The notes beneath the pieces were generated by a model. That model saw only the letters and a list, made by a program, of their open reading frames with translations. It did no database searches and had not been told where the DNA came from. The position numbers were made by a program, and so were the translations under genes. DNA of 64,000 bases from contig OZ336874.1 of assembly GCA_965287045.1 (NCBI GenBank), positions 90,024,001-90,088,000 on the forward strand, written 5' to 3'. Below are positions 49,903 to 62,244 of the stretch, in pieces (the first letter of the stretch is position 1; each line of letters opens with the position of its first letter). The DNA comes from Carcharhinus amblyrhynchos (Eukaryota).

Positions 49903-50039
49903 ATTAGCTTTTTTGTTGTCGGAATACTGGTTTAGATATGGCATGAAATTAGTCTTTGGACTTTAGTTGGTGTGCCTCGCGTACATCTGTGTTAGATTTG
50001 CTTGATTTCTTGATGATTCCTTTGGAAATTTCCACTGTT

Positions 50040-50960
50040 GGTCAGCCAGTCAACTGGGAATAGTGCAGGGATGGGAGATAGTGTTAAATTTCCCAATCCT
50101 TTGTGAATCGGCTAAATTCTTCACTCATGAAGAATTTTCATTCAACATAATGTCTGGAATACTGCAATGGCTGAAGTGTGCTTTCAAGTATTCTATTATC
50201 TCCCCTGTTTAGTAACAGCTGATGTATTGCCCAGTAGTCAGAACAGTAATCCAGAGTAACAAGATAATTAGTTCCTGCTATAGTGAAGAGGTCTACTCTC
50301 AGCTTTACCCATGGTGTGTCTGGGATGCTATGCATCATCAATAGCTCTTAAGGTTGTTTATCTAGGTGCTCATTACAAGCAAAATACCACTCAATATGAG
50401 GAGTCCAAGAGGCGTAGACAAAGGTCATAGGTAGAAGAAGGATTGGAATGAGGCACTCACTGAATGTTAAAATGGCGGCACGGGCTTGTAGGGCAGAAGG
50501 GCCTGTTTCCTGTGCTGTGTTGTTCTTTGTACTTTGATCATTAATTTCATTGCCCATGTTTGGCCAGTAGAGCACGTAACTTACCTTCCTGAGACTCGAT
50601 TTAATTCCTTGATGGCTTGTTTGGATGCACTTCAATATCTATTCTGTCATATCCTGTGGGATGATGATTATTGCCTTTGTTCAAGTTGTCACCTTGGCCT
50701 ATCAATTCATCTTGCTCTGTCCAATATGCTCTTGTGACCACAGGTGTGCCCTTGCTGCTCTCTGGATATCCTTTCATTACTACTTCTTGTAGCACTTGGA
50801 GGGTTGCATCTTGCTAAGTTGTTCACTCAATTTGAGCAAGGCACTTGTCTGTCGAATCAATGTTCCTGCTGGGTTGATGATTTTCAGAGCATGTTGAGCT
50901 GCTGTAGTACTTCTCACCGTAGTACTGCAGCACTGGCACTGTGGTCACTCGTCGTTTGAT
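50040..50960 (-). pseudogene. Gypsy pol fragment (linker, integrase zinc finger and core)
   Basis: LQEVVMKGYP..RAYW..QDEL; SHQGI..SLRK..VLYWPNM.NEI; PWVKL.VDLF..YLVTLDYCSDYW. Confidence 0.85.
50400..50535 (+). mobile_element. Short CR1 3' tail inserted in the Gypsy integrase
   Basis: AATGTTAAAATGGCGGC..GAAGGGCCTGTTTCC..GTTCTTTG shares diagnostic sequence with 27839-27912. Confidence 0.75.
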
Positions 50961-51106
50961 TTTAGTGAGCGCTCTGGACGTATCTGGACTTCTGGAAGGC
51001 ATTTAATAAGCTGCCACACAAAAGATTAATACACAAGGTTAGATTACATGTGATTAGAGATAATTTACTAGCTTGGATAGGTGACTGGCTGATGGACAGA
51101 AGACAG

Positions 51107-52318
51107 GGGGACAATTTTATCAGTGCGTTGCGCCCATTTTCGGACGTTGTTGTAAAGTGGGGCATAAAGCGATTAGTGCGATTGGTGCCGGTTTTAGTGA
51201 CCAATGCCATTTTACAAGTACCAGATTTCTGGCACAGTTAGCCACTCAACAGCAAGAGGCACGTTAATATATTTAAGTTATTTAAATATTGCTTAATATT
51301 TGCTTAGCAAGCCCGGCACTCAATTGTTTGGGTTCGGTCCCCTTTACGACCTCGCTGGGAAGGATTCTTGCCAGTGACGAATAATCCTGCTTCCCATAAA
51401 CAGGGAGCAGTTGACTTTGCCTCGTGGGTGGAACAGGAGGCCATTGAGGCCCCCTGGGGAGGCCGAGGGCAAGGGCGTGGATGTCCCTTTGACAGTGCCA
51501 GACTGGCAGTGACACCTTGGCATCTGGGCAATGCCAGTCTGGACACCTGGGCAGTGCCAGGGGATGGGAATAATGGGGAAGGGGCCAATGGGGATGGGTT
51601 AATGGAGGAGGGGATCTGCTGCCATTGTGCAGTGATTGGTTGGGGGAAGGGAGGGAGACAGGGCCTGCTGCCACTCTGCAGTGGTCGGTAGGGGGTGGGA
51701 GCCAGGAAGATGGGGCCTGCTGCCACTCTGCTGCAAGTTGCTGGAGGGGGAAGGGCCTGCTGCCACTCCGCAGCAGTCGGTGGGGGTAGGAGGGAGGTGG
51801 GGCCCCCTGCCACTCTGCAGCAATCGGTGGCAGGAGGGAGGGAGAGGGGGGCCTGCTGCCACTCTGCAGCGGTCAGTGGGGGGAGGGCAGCGGGCCTATG
51901 ATTGGTGGGGGAGGGATGGGGTCTGCAATCAATCTGTGTGGCGGGAGGGTCAGCAGGATCCCGCGATTGCGGGAAGGGGGGCTGCTTCAGGCTGCATCCT
52001 CTAGCAGGGGCCTGACAGCTCTCTCTTTTCTGTCAGACTCCTGTAATGTTAATGTACATGTGCAGAATCAGAGGCCTGCACATGCGCAGTACCTCCCTCT
52101 GCAGGTTTTCGGGTGCATAAAGTCCCACCCTACAGGCTTCTGCAGCAAATAACAGACTTGCTCAGAATTTTGCAGGCAGAACGCGTATGGGGGTGGGGGT
52201 GGGGGGGGCGGGGGGGTGTGTGGGCAGGTGCTAAAAACACGCCCAAAAGACAGATCTGAAACTCTCCCAGTTTGAAGTCCACCCAGAACTTGGACAAAAA
52301 AATGGTAAAATCGTCCTC
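51107..52318. mobile_element. PIF/Harbinger-type MITE with a ~50-bp minisatellite
   Basis: TIRs GGGGACAATTTTATCA / TGGTAAAATCGTCCTC; 2-3 bp AG/CAG duplication; CTGCTGCCACTCTGCAG units at 51615-51875. Confidence 0.8.
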
Positions 52319-52331
52319 AGAGAGTCAAGAT

Positions 52332-52403
52332 AAATGGATTTTTTTCTGGATAGCAAAAATGGTTTTTTTTCTGGATAGCAAAAATGGATTTTTTTCTGGA
52401 TAG
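52332..52403. repeat. Three tandem copies of a ~25-bp unit
   Basis: AAATGG(A)TTTTTTTCTGGATAGCAA x3. Confidence 0.9.
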
Positions 52404-54236
52404 TAGTAACTTGTGTTGTGCCACAGTGTTCAGTCCCTGGGTCTCAACTACTTACAATCTATATTCTATACTATATATTTATACTTGGATACAGGATAGA
52501 ATCTCTATAGCCAAATTTGCAGATTTTGGCAGGACAGTAAGTTGCAATGAGGTAATAAGAACCTTACAAATGGATGTAGAGAGGTAAGAGGAATGGGCCA
52601 AAATGGAGTTTAGTGTGGATAAGTGTGAGGTCATTCATTTTGGTTGGGAAAAAGGGAAGGCAACTTATTATCTAAATGGGGAGAGACTTTGGGGTACTTC
52701 AGTGCAGAAGGATCTGGGTGTCATTGTTCATGAGTCATAGAAAACTAGCAGGCAGGTATAGTAGTTAATAAAGCAAGCAAATGGAATGTTGGCATTTATT
52801 GCTAAAAGAATTGAGTATAAAGATAAGGAACTATTGTTACAATGATATAAGGTATTGATGAGACTGCACTTGGAGTATTGTGCAGTTTTGTTCCCCTTAT
52901 CTGAGTAAAGATGTAATGGCATTGGAGGCAGTTCAGAAGAGATTCACTAGATTGATTCCATTAGGTTGGAAGATAGCAAATGTAACTCCATTATTCTAAA
53001 AGGGAGGTGATTCCAGAGATTCCAGAGATTGATTCCAGAGATCAGGTGTTTGTTGTATGAAGAGAGATTGAACAGTTTAGGTCTATACTCTCTGGAATTT
53101 AGAAGAATAAGGGGTGATCAAATTGAGATATACAAGATGATAATAGGTATGGATAAAGTAGACACGGAGAGGATGCTTCCTCTTGTGGGGCATTGTAGGA
53201 TGTGAGATCATAGTCACAGAACTTGTGGGGCTACTGCTGAAAAGATTTGTCAGAGAACAGCCAACAACAACATCAAGCAAGGTACGTCTTCAACCCATTA
53301 AAAGCCCAGTGTGTACCAGCCTGGAGATGCACAGTGTCATATGCTCATCCTGAAAACCACCCATCCTATAAGTAGACCATTGCAACAAATACACATTGAA
53401 TGGCAGATCAGGCTTGACGGCTGCATGATCTGCTCCTGCTCCTATTGTATTCTTATATTCTTATTTTCAGTCCATTAATTTGAATGATGGAAAATTGTGG
53501 ACAGCATACATCCAGATTTCCGAGGTATTCCCAATAGGATAAACGTTTGCCAGTAGTACAAACACCTAAAATTTATCAGGCTGTTATGCTCCTTAAAATT
53601 CTGTTTTAGTCCAGGGAAAAAGCCTTTGTATTGAACCTTTAGGTGAATTAGAAAACAAGATACCCAATAATGAGACTATCACAATTGCATCACAGTTTTC
53701 AATCAGCATAATTTTTTTTTATGTTAACGTGATACTGATTGATTTAGCTTTGTGGAGCTGGAGGGCCTATATATAGTTATAGATGGTTGTGAGTGTACAA
53801 CTGTAATCAAATCCCAAAGATCAGATGATATTCACAAACCATTTATCCTCTGAATTCTTCAAATAAGCTGACAGCGTATCACTCGTTTTCTAGTATTCTA
53901 CGCTAACTCAAGACATTGCAATCCTGTTTAAAAATATCAAACTACTTCCTATTAATTTTAATGTTGTATTTTAATCTTAAACATTAATTAGTCATGAACT
54001 TCCCAGGTGGAGTTGGAGTGCCTATCCATAGTGTCTATCAAAGTAAGTATATTTATGAGCTAGCGCACCCAAATAATAACATAACACTTGTTTAATCTCT
54101 GTTTCAATCATTGTCTTTTTTTGTCATAGCTTTCGAAACACCCAATCTATATAGAGGAAGTATGCCCATGACTCAAGACCAGCAGAAAGAGGAAAGCAGT
54201 GCAAGCAAGAATCACTTCACTTCATTGCAATATAAA

Positions 54237-54352
54237 GCCTATATTACAACATTAGAAGTGATTACAGTTCAAATGTACTCCATTAGCTGCAAAACACTAT
54301 GGGGCTTCCTGAGATCACGAAAGGTACTATACAAATGAAAGCTTTTTTTTGT
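54237..54352 (+). mobile_element. DeuSINE/SacSINE1-like 3' tail
   Basis: CCTATATTACAACA..GTGATTACAGTTCAAATGTACTCCATTAGCTGCAAAACACT.TGGG..TCCTGAGATCACGAAAGGTACTATACAAATG matches recalled tail consensus. Confidence 0.6.
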
Positions 54353-55985
54353 CTTTACTCTTTGCTGTATTGCCCATTTTAGACATAATAAAGCAACCCT
54401 TTCCAAATCTACAAGTGAAGTGCATGTGGAGTGCAGATGAGCGTGGACCCTGGACACAGGTGTGGTCCAATGCAAAGGAAAATCTGCCCAATATATTTTA
54501 GAGTATTAAATCACCTGTTACTACCTCTCTTCAAGCTCATAAAAGGTATTTCACCAAGGTGAGGGTAAACTCTCCTTGTAGAGAAACGACAAGCTATGGT
54601 CATTTACAAGAATTTTCTTATAAATTTTTGGCACGAAGTAAAACATTATTTAAAAAGAGCAAAATTAAAATTTGACTCAACCAATGATATTTCTCTATTC
54701 CCTTGAAAAAGGAAAAAGTGGGGTTACCTAATAGAGATATTTAAAATTATGAAAAAATTTGATAGAGTGGATATGGCTGGATTATTCCCATCACGGAAAG
54801 AGCATAACTGGAGGCCATCAATATAAGATAGTCACCAAGAAATCACACTACTCAAGAGGAGGTGTTGTAATATGTGGCAGGCAACTTTTACAAACACGTC
54901 ATCCTCAAATGGTTCACAGCCGTCGAAAGGCAAGGATGAATTCAGGCCAGCACCAGACGTCAATGCAATTGAGAACAAGGAGACACTGGAGGATGCAGAC
55001 ATGTCTAAATGGTTCTCTGGAAACCTGCATTCCGTCCTTGGCAGCCTTTGTCTGAGTTGTACCTGTCAGTAGGATTGTCAATGTGACACAGAGAGTGTTG
55101 CATAGTTGCTACTGTTGGGAGGAGCTTGGTGACATTGGAAGCATGGAGTGACGAGTCCAGTGGGGGTTAGTAGAGCAGTTGCTGCTTCTGGTAGGCTGCC
55201 ATTGTGACTGGGATGCAGGAGAGATGCTGGAAAAGATGACGTCTATCTCTAGTTTCCGGGACAATCTATTCCAGTTGGCACACCATTACAGGAAGGTCTT
55301 CCCATGATCAGGACAATGTGAACCTCATATGTAAGCACCCACAATCAGAGTTAAATGGTTGGTTGAAAAGTGAATATGGTGAGGACTGAATCTGTTTGAA
55401 AGTTTGAAGCAAGCTTTCTTCTTTTGTTGTTGCAGGTTACTCAGGGTAAGTTTTGTAGAGCTTGTTAAATCCAGATTAAGTCTGCCTTACTGGTTAGTGA
55501 GGGATCACAGATTAAGGGAACTTAGTCTTACAAAATTTGCCCGTTGAATAACACAATCCTTCAAACTTTCAAATTAAAAAATTCAAAATGAGCATTATAT
55601 ATCAATTTCCTATTTTTCTAGCATCAGAAATATTTTAATATTAAAGTAATAATGACCTCGGACCATTGTAAAATGCAAAAATGCATATTTGATAAGCTTG
55701 GGACTAAAACTTACTTTAAATTGGTCACATTCCTATTTCTAGACCAGTGTGGCAAGCCACCTGAATAATTCATTGCAGCTACTTGTCACATGAGAATGCT
55801 TTGTGAGCTTAGGTCATCTCGTGCTGTATCATTGGATTTCATCTTGCTTCACTTGCAACATAGATTATTCCAACATATTGTTCATTAGAGGTTTTTATTT
55901 CTGGGTACTCACAAGTCAGTGACTGATAATCATTAGTCATTAGTCATTAATGTTGCTTTCTTGACAGAGAGGCCAATGGACTTAC

Positions 55986-56032
55986 TGTGTGTGTGTGTGT
56001 GTGGGGGGGGGGGGGTGGTGCTGTGTGTGTGT
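55986..56032. repeat. (GT)n / poly-G microsatellite
   Basis: Direct inspection. Confidence 0.9.
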
Positions 56033-56211
56033 TTCCATTGTTATGTTACTAGGCAGATTCTTTCATTGGAAGATGGTTTCTGATTGATCAAGCAAGGTGA
56101 ACAGAGAAAGTTTTCTCATTATTGTACATGGGATTGAAACCTGATTACAATTTCGTGTGAGTTGCACGTGGAATATTTAATTTGAATAAAAGATGATCCA
56201 CAAAAGCTATA

Positions 56212-56333
56212 GGATGGGACTTTATGACTTTGCTCATCCCAAAACTGTAAAATCCTGCCCGAGGTCAATGGACCTTTCCATTGTCCTTGCCTGCTCCGAT
56301 TACTGTGGCGAGCAGGGCCGCAAAATTCCAGCC
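56212..56333. mobile_element. ~122-bp MITE
   Basis: Ends GGATGGGACTTT / AAAATTCCAGCC; 3-bp TSD ATA. Confidence 0.72.
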
Positions 56334-56539
56334 ATAGTATTGTACTTGTGTGCTGATTGTGGAAACAACCTGTCATTTATTTAATTAACAGCTATTTCAG
56401 TGTATTCTGTCTGATCTTTAAATGAATAATGTTGCCACTTTAAACTGGATGCAAAGGCTAAAATTGCATACATGGGAGTGATGTCAATGTTACATAGTGT
56501 CATGTTCAGCAGCATTACTCAGACCTTCACAATAAATAA

Positions 56540-56850
56540 AGGATGGCACGTTGGCACAATGATTAGAACTGCTGCCTCACAGCACCAGGGACCCAGGTTT
56601 GATTCCTGGCTTGGGTCACTGTCTGTGAAGAGTCTGCATGTGCTTTCTGTGTCTGCGTGGGTTCCCTCCGGGTACTCTGGTTTCCTCCCATAGTCCAAAG
56701 ATGTGCAGGATAGATGTTTTGACCATGCTAAATTCTCCCTCCACGTACCCGAACAGACACCAGAGAGTGGCAACTGGGGGATTTTCACTCTAACTTCATT
56801 GCAATGTGAATGTAAGCCTATTTGTGATAAATAAATAAACTTTAAATTTA
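56540..56850 (+). mobile_element. V-SINE, AATAAA-type tail
   Basis: Same structure as 2297-2612. Confidence 0.85.
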
Positions 56851-57520
56851 ATAATAGATTTCATTATATCACATTCAAGGAGATAAACGAATCCCATAGT
56901 TTTTGCTACTTGGTCACAGGCCTTTGCTTGACAATCCCAAGAGCTGTTCATACCCGCATCAACTATAGGTTAACGCAAAGTCAATTTAACTCTATAGGTT
57001 AATGCAAAGTTAATTTACATAACACCGTTTTCTGCAAAAACTGTTGTTAAACACTGAAGCATCCTCAACAGTTGCTTTGATCAATAGATCAGCAAAGGCA
57101 TGTTTTGTAACTTTCCAACACTTATGAAATTGGAATCAGAATTACATAACGGATCATGGAGCATTCTAAGATACACAATTCTTTTATCAGAAAAAATGCA
57201 ACTTGTTAATAAAATTGACAATTGTTAGGCAGTATCTCTGACACTGTTGCATGGGTTTCCTGTTTATTGATAGACAACAGATACAATTGTAATTTTTCAT
57301 TCTTTTAAGGATCTGGCCAATGCTGGCAGAGTTGCATTTATTGTCATTCGGCACTGTAACCGTTGAATGCAGGTCCAATCTGACAGCTATACCTTCACAA
57401 CTTGCCTAGCTCACTCAGTGTGGTGCCTTTGAGTCACTTTTGACTTGGCATGTTGAAGTCATCGCCTAGAGCATATTTTGTTCCCTTGCTTCCTCAGTGC
57501 TTCCTCAGAGGGATGTTCAA

Positions 57521-57620
57521 TATCATAGAAATGGTACAAAACAGAGGGAGGCCATTCAGCCCACTGAGTCTGCACCAACAACAATCCCACCCAGGCCTTA
57601 TCCTCATAACCCCAAGTATA
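57521..57620 (-). mobile_element. V-SINE tail; continues at 59243-59292
   Basis: ATCATAGAA...CCCACCCAGGCCTTATCC.CATAACCCC then TAATC.CCCTGACACTAAAGGGCAATTTAGCATGGCC after the insert. Confidence 0.7.
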
Positions 57621-57629
57621 CATCTCATT

Positions 57630-57841
57630 ATTTCTTGCTGCCTCGACAAAGCAGCCAACATAATTGATGACCTCACGCACCCTGGACATTCTCCTTTCCA
57701 TCACCTTCCTTTGGGAATAAGATACCAAAAGTCTGAGGTCACATACCAACTGACTGAAGAACAGCGTCTTCCCTGCTGTTGTCAGACTTTTGAATGGACT
57801 TACCTTGCATTAAGTTGATCTTTCTCTTCACCTTAGCTATG
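57630..57841 (+). mobile_element. Rex1/Babar 3' fragment
   Basis: CLDKAANIIDDLTHPGHSPFHHLPLGIRY. Confidence 0.78.
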
Positions 57842-59242
57842 AAATGGCAGAGGTTATAGTGGATGCATTGGTGGTTATTTTCCAGACATCACTGGATTCC
57901 GGGGAAGTGCCGGAAGATTGGAAAACGGCTAATGTTACGCCGTTGTTTAAGAAGGGTGCCAGGCAAAAGGCAGGGAATTATAGGCCGGTTAGTTTAACGT
58001 CTGTGGTAGGTAAAATGCTAGAATCCGTCATTAAGGAGGAAATTGCGAGGCATCTTGAAGGGAATTGCTTGATAGAGCAGACGCAGCACGGTTTCATTAA
58101 AGGGAAGTCGTGTCTGACAAATTTACTGGAGTTCTATGAGGATGTGTCTAGGGCGGTCGATAGAGGAGAGCCGGTGGATGTGGTCTTTCTGGATTTTCAG
58201 AAGGCGTTTGACAAGTACCTCATAAGAGGTTATTGCAGAAGGTAAGGGGACTTGGAGTTGGGGGTAGGGTGTTAGCGTGGATAGAGGACTGGTTGTCAAA
58301 TAGGAGGCAGAGAGTGGGGGTCAACGGGTGCTATTCAGATTGGCGGATGGTGACTAGTGGAGTGCCCCAGGGGTCGGTTCTGGGGCCTCAGCTTTTTACC
58401 ATTTATATAGATGATCTGGAGGAGGGAACCGAGTGTAGGGTGTCGAAATTTGCTGATGACACCAAGATTGGGGGAACGGCAAATTGTGCGGAGGGTGTGG
58501 AGCGTCTGCAGAAGGATCTAGATAGGCTGGGCGAATGGGCCAGGAAATGGCAAATGGAATTTAACGTTGGCAAGTGTGAGGCAAATGGGATGCTGGCCTT
58601 CATAGCGAAGGGGATTGAATATAAAAGTAGGGAGGTCTTGCTGCAGCTGTATAGGGCATTGGTGAGGCCGCAGCTGGAGTACTGTGTGCAGTTTTGGGCG
58701 CCACACCTGCGCAAAGATATTTTGGCCTTGGAGGGAGTGCAGAGGAGGTTTACTAGGCTGATACCGGAGTTGAGGGGGTTGAGCTATGAGGAGAGGCTGA
58801 ATAAAGTAGGCTTGTACTCGTTAGAGTTTAGAAGAATGAGGGGAGATCTCATTGAGACGTATAAGATGATGAGTGGGATGGATAGGATAGAGGGGGAGAG
58901 ACTCTTCCCGCTCAAAAAAGACAGTAGGACTAGGGGGCACAGCCTCAAGATAAAGGGGGGGCGTTTTAGAACGGAGTTGAGGAGGAACTTCTTCACTCAA
59001 AGGGTGGTGAATCTCTGGAATTCTCTACCCGTTGAAGTGGTGGAGGCTGCCTCGCTAAATATTTTCAAGAAGCGGGTTGATGGGTTTTTGATAAGAGAGG
59101 GGATTAAGGGTTATGGGGAGAGGGCCGGAAAGTGGAACTGAGCCACGACAGATCAGCCATGATCTTATTGAATGGCGGGGCAGGCTCGAAGGGCCAGATG
59201 GCCTACTCCTGCTCCTATTTCTTATGTTCTTATGTTCTTATG
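57842..59242 (+). mobile_element. Young 5'-truncated CR1 with a 147-bp internal deletion
   Basis: ORFs 57844-58245 and 58233-59141 with RT motifs; (TTCTTATG)n tail. Confidence 0.93.
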
Positions 59243-59489
59243 TAATCGCCCTGACACTAAAGGGCAATTTAGCATGGCCAATCCACCTAACCATAAACCA
59301 TTGGAGGAGTATGCAGGAGTAGTGATTTGTAGGTTAGAGGGCTTTGTCAAACTTCATCATTCATTTTTACTTTGCACCTTTTCATGTAAAATTTACAGTG
59401 TTATGGGAAAGAGTAGGGGAGGAATGCTAATAGATTTACTGTTTCAAAGAGCTGACACCAACAGAATAGGCTGAATGGTTCCCTTTTAT

Positions 59490-59815
59490 TTTCATTTGTT
59501 CATGGGATATGGCCATCGCTGGCATTTACCACCTATCCCCAATTGCTCGTGGTGGTGAGCCCCCTTCTTGAACAATGCAATCCCTGTGGTATATGAATAG
59601 CCACAGTGTTTTTAGAAAGGGAATTCCAGCATTTTGATCCAGCGAAAGGGAGGATACACCACCCATTAGACCACAGCTAGAGGTGAAGGAACAGCAATAT
59701 AGTTCCCAGGTGTCTGGTTTAAAGGGGAACTCAGATGGTGGCATTCCGATGTTTGCGCTGTCCTTCACCTTCTAAATGGTAGAGGTCACGGGTTTGGACG
59801 GTGCTGTTGAAAGTG
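59490..59815 (-). mobile_element. CR1/L2-group LINE 3' end
   Basis: Reverse complement of the family at 30601-30905. Confidence 0.75.
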
Positions 59816-59829
59816 TTTGTGTGTTGTAG

Positions 59830-61320
59830 TCCACATGGATTAAGTAAAGCTTTTGACAAGGTCCCGCATGGAAGACTGATCAAGAAGGTATGAGCCCATG
59901 TGATCCAGGGCAGTTTGGCAAATTGGATCCAAAATTGGCTTAAGTGGCAAGAGGCAGAAAATGATGGCTGAAGGTTATTTTTGCGATTGGAAGTCTGTGT
60001 CTGGTGGTGTAAATCATAGAAACCCTGCAGTGCAGAAAGAGGCCATCTGGCCCATCAAGTCTGCACCAACCACAATCCCACCCAGGCCCTACTCCCATAT
60101 CCCTACACATTTACCCACTAATCCCTCTAACTACACATCTCAGGATACTAAGGGACAATTTTAGCATGGCCAATCAACCTAACCTGCACATCTTTGGATT
60201 GTGGCAGGAAACCCACGCAGACAAGAGTAGAATGTGCAAACTCCACACAGACAGTGAGGAATTGAACCCAGGTCCCTGGAGTTGTGAAGCAGCAGCGCTA
60301 ACCACTGTGCTACTGTGCTGCCCATTATATTGCAGGGATTGTTTGTGGGCCCCTTGCTGTTTGTAGTGTACTTTAATAATCTAGGTGTGAATGTGGAGGT
60401 ACAATCAGTAAGTTCGCAGATGACACAGAAATTGGTGGTGTGGTAAATAATGAGGAGACCCTTAGATTACAGGATAATATAGATAGCCTGGTCAGAACAG
60501 TGCCAAATGAAATTTAACCCTAAAAAGTGTGAGATGATTAACAATGCAAGGGAATGCACAATGAACAATAGGATACTAGGAAGTACAGAGGATCAGAGGA
60601 CCTTGGAGTTCATGTCCAAAAATCCCCGAAGGCAGGATAAGGGAGTTAAGAAGGCATATGAATACTTGCCTTTATTGGCTGAGACATTGAATATAACAGC
60701 TGGGGGTTGGGGGGGTGGTGAGGTGGAGGGAGTTATAATGGAGCTGAATAAAACACTCGTTAGATCTCATCTAGAGGACTGTATACAGTTTTGGTCAGCA
60801 CACAATAGGAAAAATGTGATTACACTAAAAAGTGTGCAGAGGAGATTCACTGGGATGTTTCATGGGCTGGAGTGTTTCAGCTATGAAGAGAGACTGGTTA
60901 GGTTTGGGTTGCTCTTCTTAGAGCAGAGAAGGCTGATAGGGAATCTCATCGAGGTGTAGAAAATTATTAGGGACATATACAGAGTAGATAGGAAGAAACT
61001 TTTCTCCTTAGTAGAGGGGTCAATACCAAGGGGTATAGAGTTAATGTGAGGGTAGGAGATTTAGAGGATATTTGAGGAAAATACTTCTTCGCCCAGAAGG
61101 TGGGTGGGAATCTGGAACTCACTGCCTGAGAGTGTGTTGGATGCAACAACCCTTACAACATTTAGGAAGCATTTCCATGAGCACTTGAAATGATCATTGC
61201 ACCCAAGGCTATGGACCAAGTGCTGGAAAATAGGATTTGAACAGATAGGTGTGTTGGATATCCAGCGCAGATATGATGGGCCGAGCGACTTCTTTCTATG
61301 CTCTAAAATTATATGACTCT
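59830..61320 (+). mobile_element. Old CR1, interrupted by a SINE at 60011-60323
   Basis: SKAFDKVPHGRL; MKFNPKKCE; LVRSHLEDCIQFWS; CR1 tail. Confidence 0.83.
60011..60323 (-). mobile_element. HE1-like V-SINE
   Basis: Head, V-domain and CR1-type tail. Confidence 0.86.
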
Positions 61321-62244
61321 AATGCAGTGGGACTTCACGGGACTTCATTATGGAAGATGTTTACCTCACCAAGTGCGTGCCATTTATATATAATCGCAAA
61401 AGTGAGTGTTTTAATTTCTTGGTGATGGGAACATAATTTGAATGAGAACCTTCATTCCAGTGGGATTGCCTTTTAATAAGTGTGCATGGCTGACCAATGC
61501 GTGCAAAAAGGATTCCTGACATCATTCATTGGAAATTCTAACCTATCTTTAACCACCCTGAAAGTCCCAAGAATTTGATTCCTAAAATCTATTTTTCCAG
61601 TGGGAAACTGATATTTGGCCTCATGTTAAATTAAGCTCCTTCATTCACCAAGCTGCCTGATGTTGGTGGGACCGGTATTTCCATTCAAAGTTGTCAAATC
61701 CATTTTCTTTCTCCATATCAGTTTGCACTGTTAAAACTAATTTTACTTCTTCCAGTTTTATTTTGTGTCAACAATATGGAATTGGAGGATGCAATCTTGA
61801 TTTGCGAAAAAAACCCAAATTCAGAATTGGAGGGAAAAAATAATTTGATAAGTACACTTTCCTTAAGCTCCAAGATGTTACTTGCAAAAATTTGTCCATG
61901 TGAGAATAATCTAGCGTATGTTAAAAAGTATCTGTGTATGTTTCATATCAGCTTTTTCCATTAAAAAATCTAGGTTTACATGTATAATGAACTGACAACA
62001 TAAACTTTCCATGATATAATGCATGCTGTCACCAACTGTAATGATATAACTGATGTAACTGTAGTGCCTCATTATTGTGTTTCTCAGCAATTCAGCCTAT
62101 ATTGTAAAGAAGCTCCAGTGCTCTAAGGAGCCTACAGCTCTGCTTCCTAAATGTTCCTGGGTTTTACGATTCAACTTTCAAAGTTTGACTTTCATATGAC
62201 CTCTTCGTAAAAAACTCATGTCAATGGATGTCTTCTGGGTGACA

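Larger units (their letters stand above)
50965..53462 (+). mobile_element. Old CR1 LINE interrupted by the MITE at 51107-52318
   Basis: WIGDWLMDRRQ|RV continuous across the MITE; KCEVIHFG, HLEYCA, EFRRIRGD; tail at 53395-53462. Confidence 0.82.

Noticed and set aside
51615-51875. Repeat-spacer-like array resembling CRISPR
   Set aside because: The spacers are related G-rich sequence, there are no cas genes, and the context is a vertebrate MITE.
54759-55330. ORFs that look coding in apparently unique sequence
   Set aside because: They start within a CR1 fragment and show no recognisable domain or convincing splice sites; possibly a decayed transposon accessory gene, unresolved.
55415-55452. 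10-nt micro-exon (TTGCAG|GTTACTCAGG|GTAAGT)
   Set aside because: Not frame-preserving and has no supporting gene context; could arise by chance in 64 kb.
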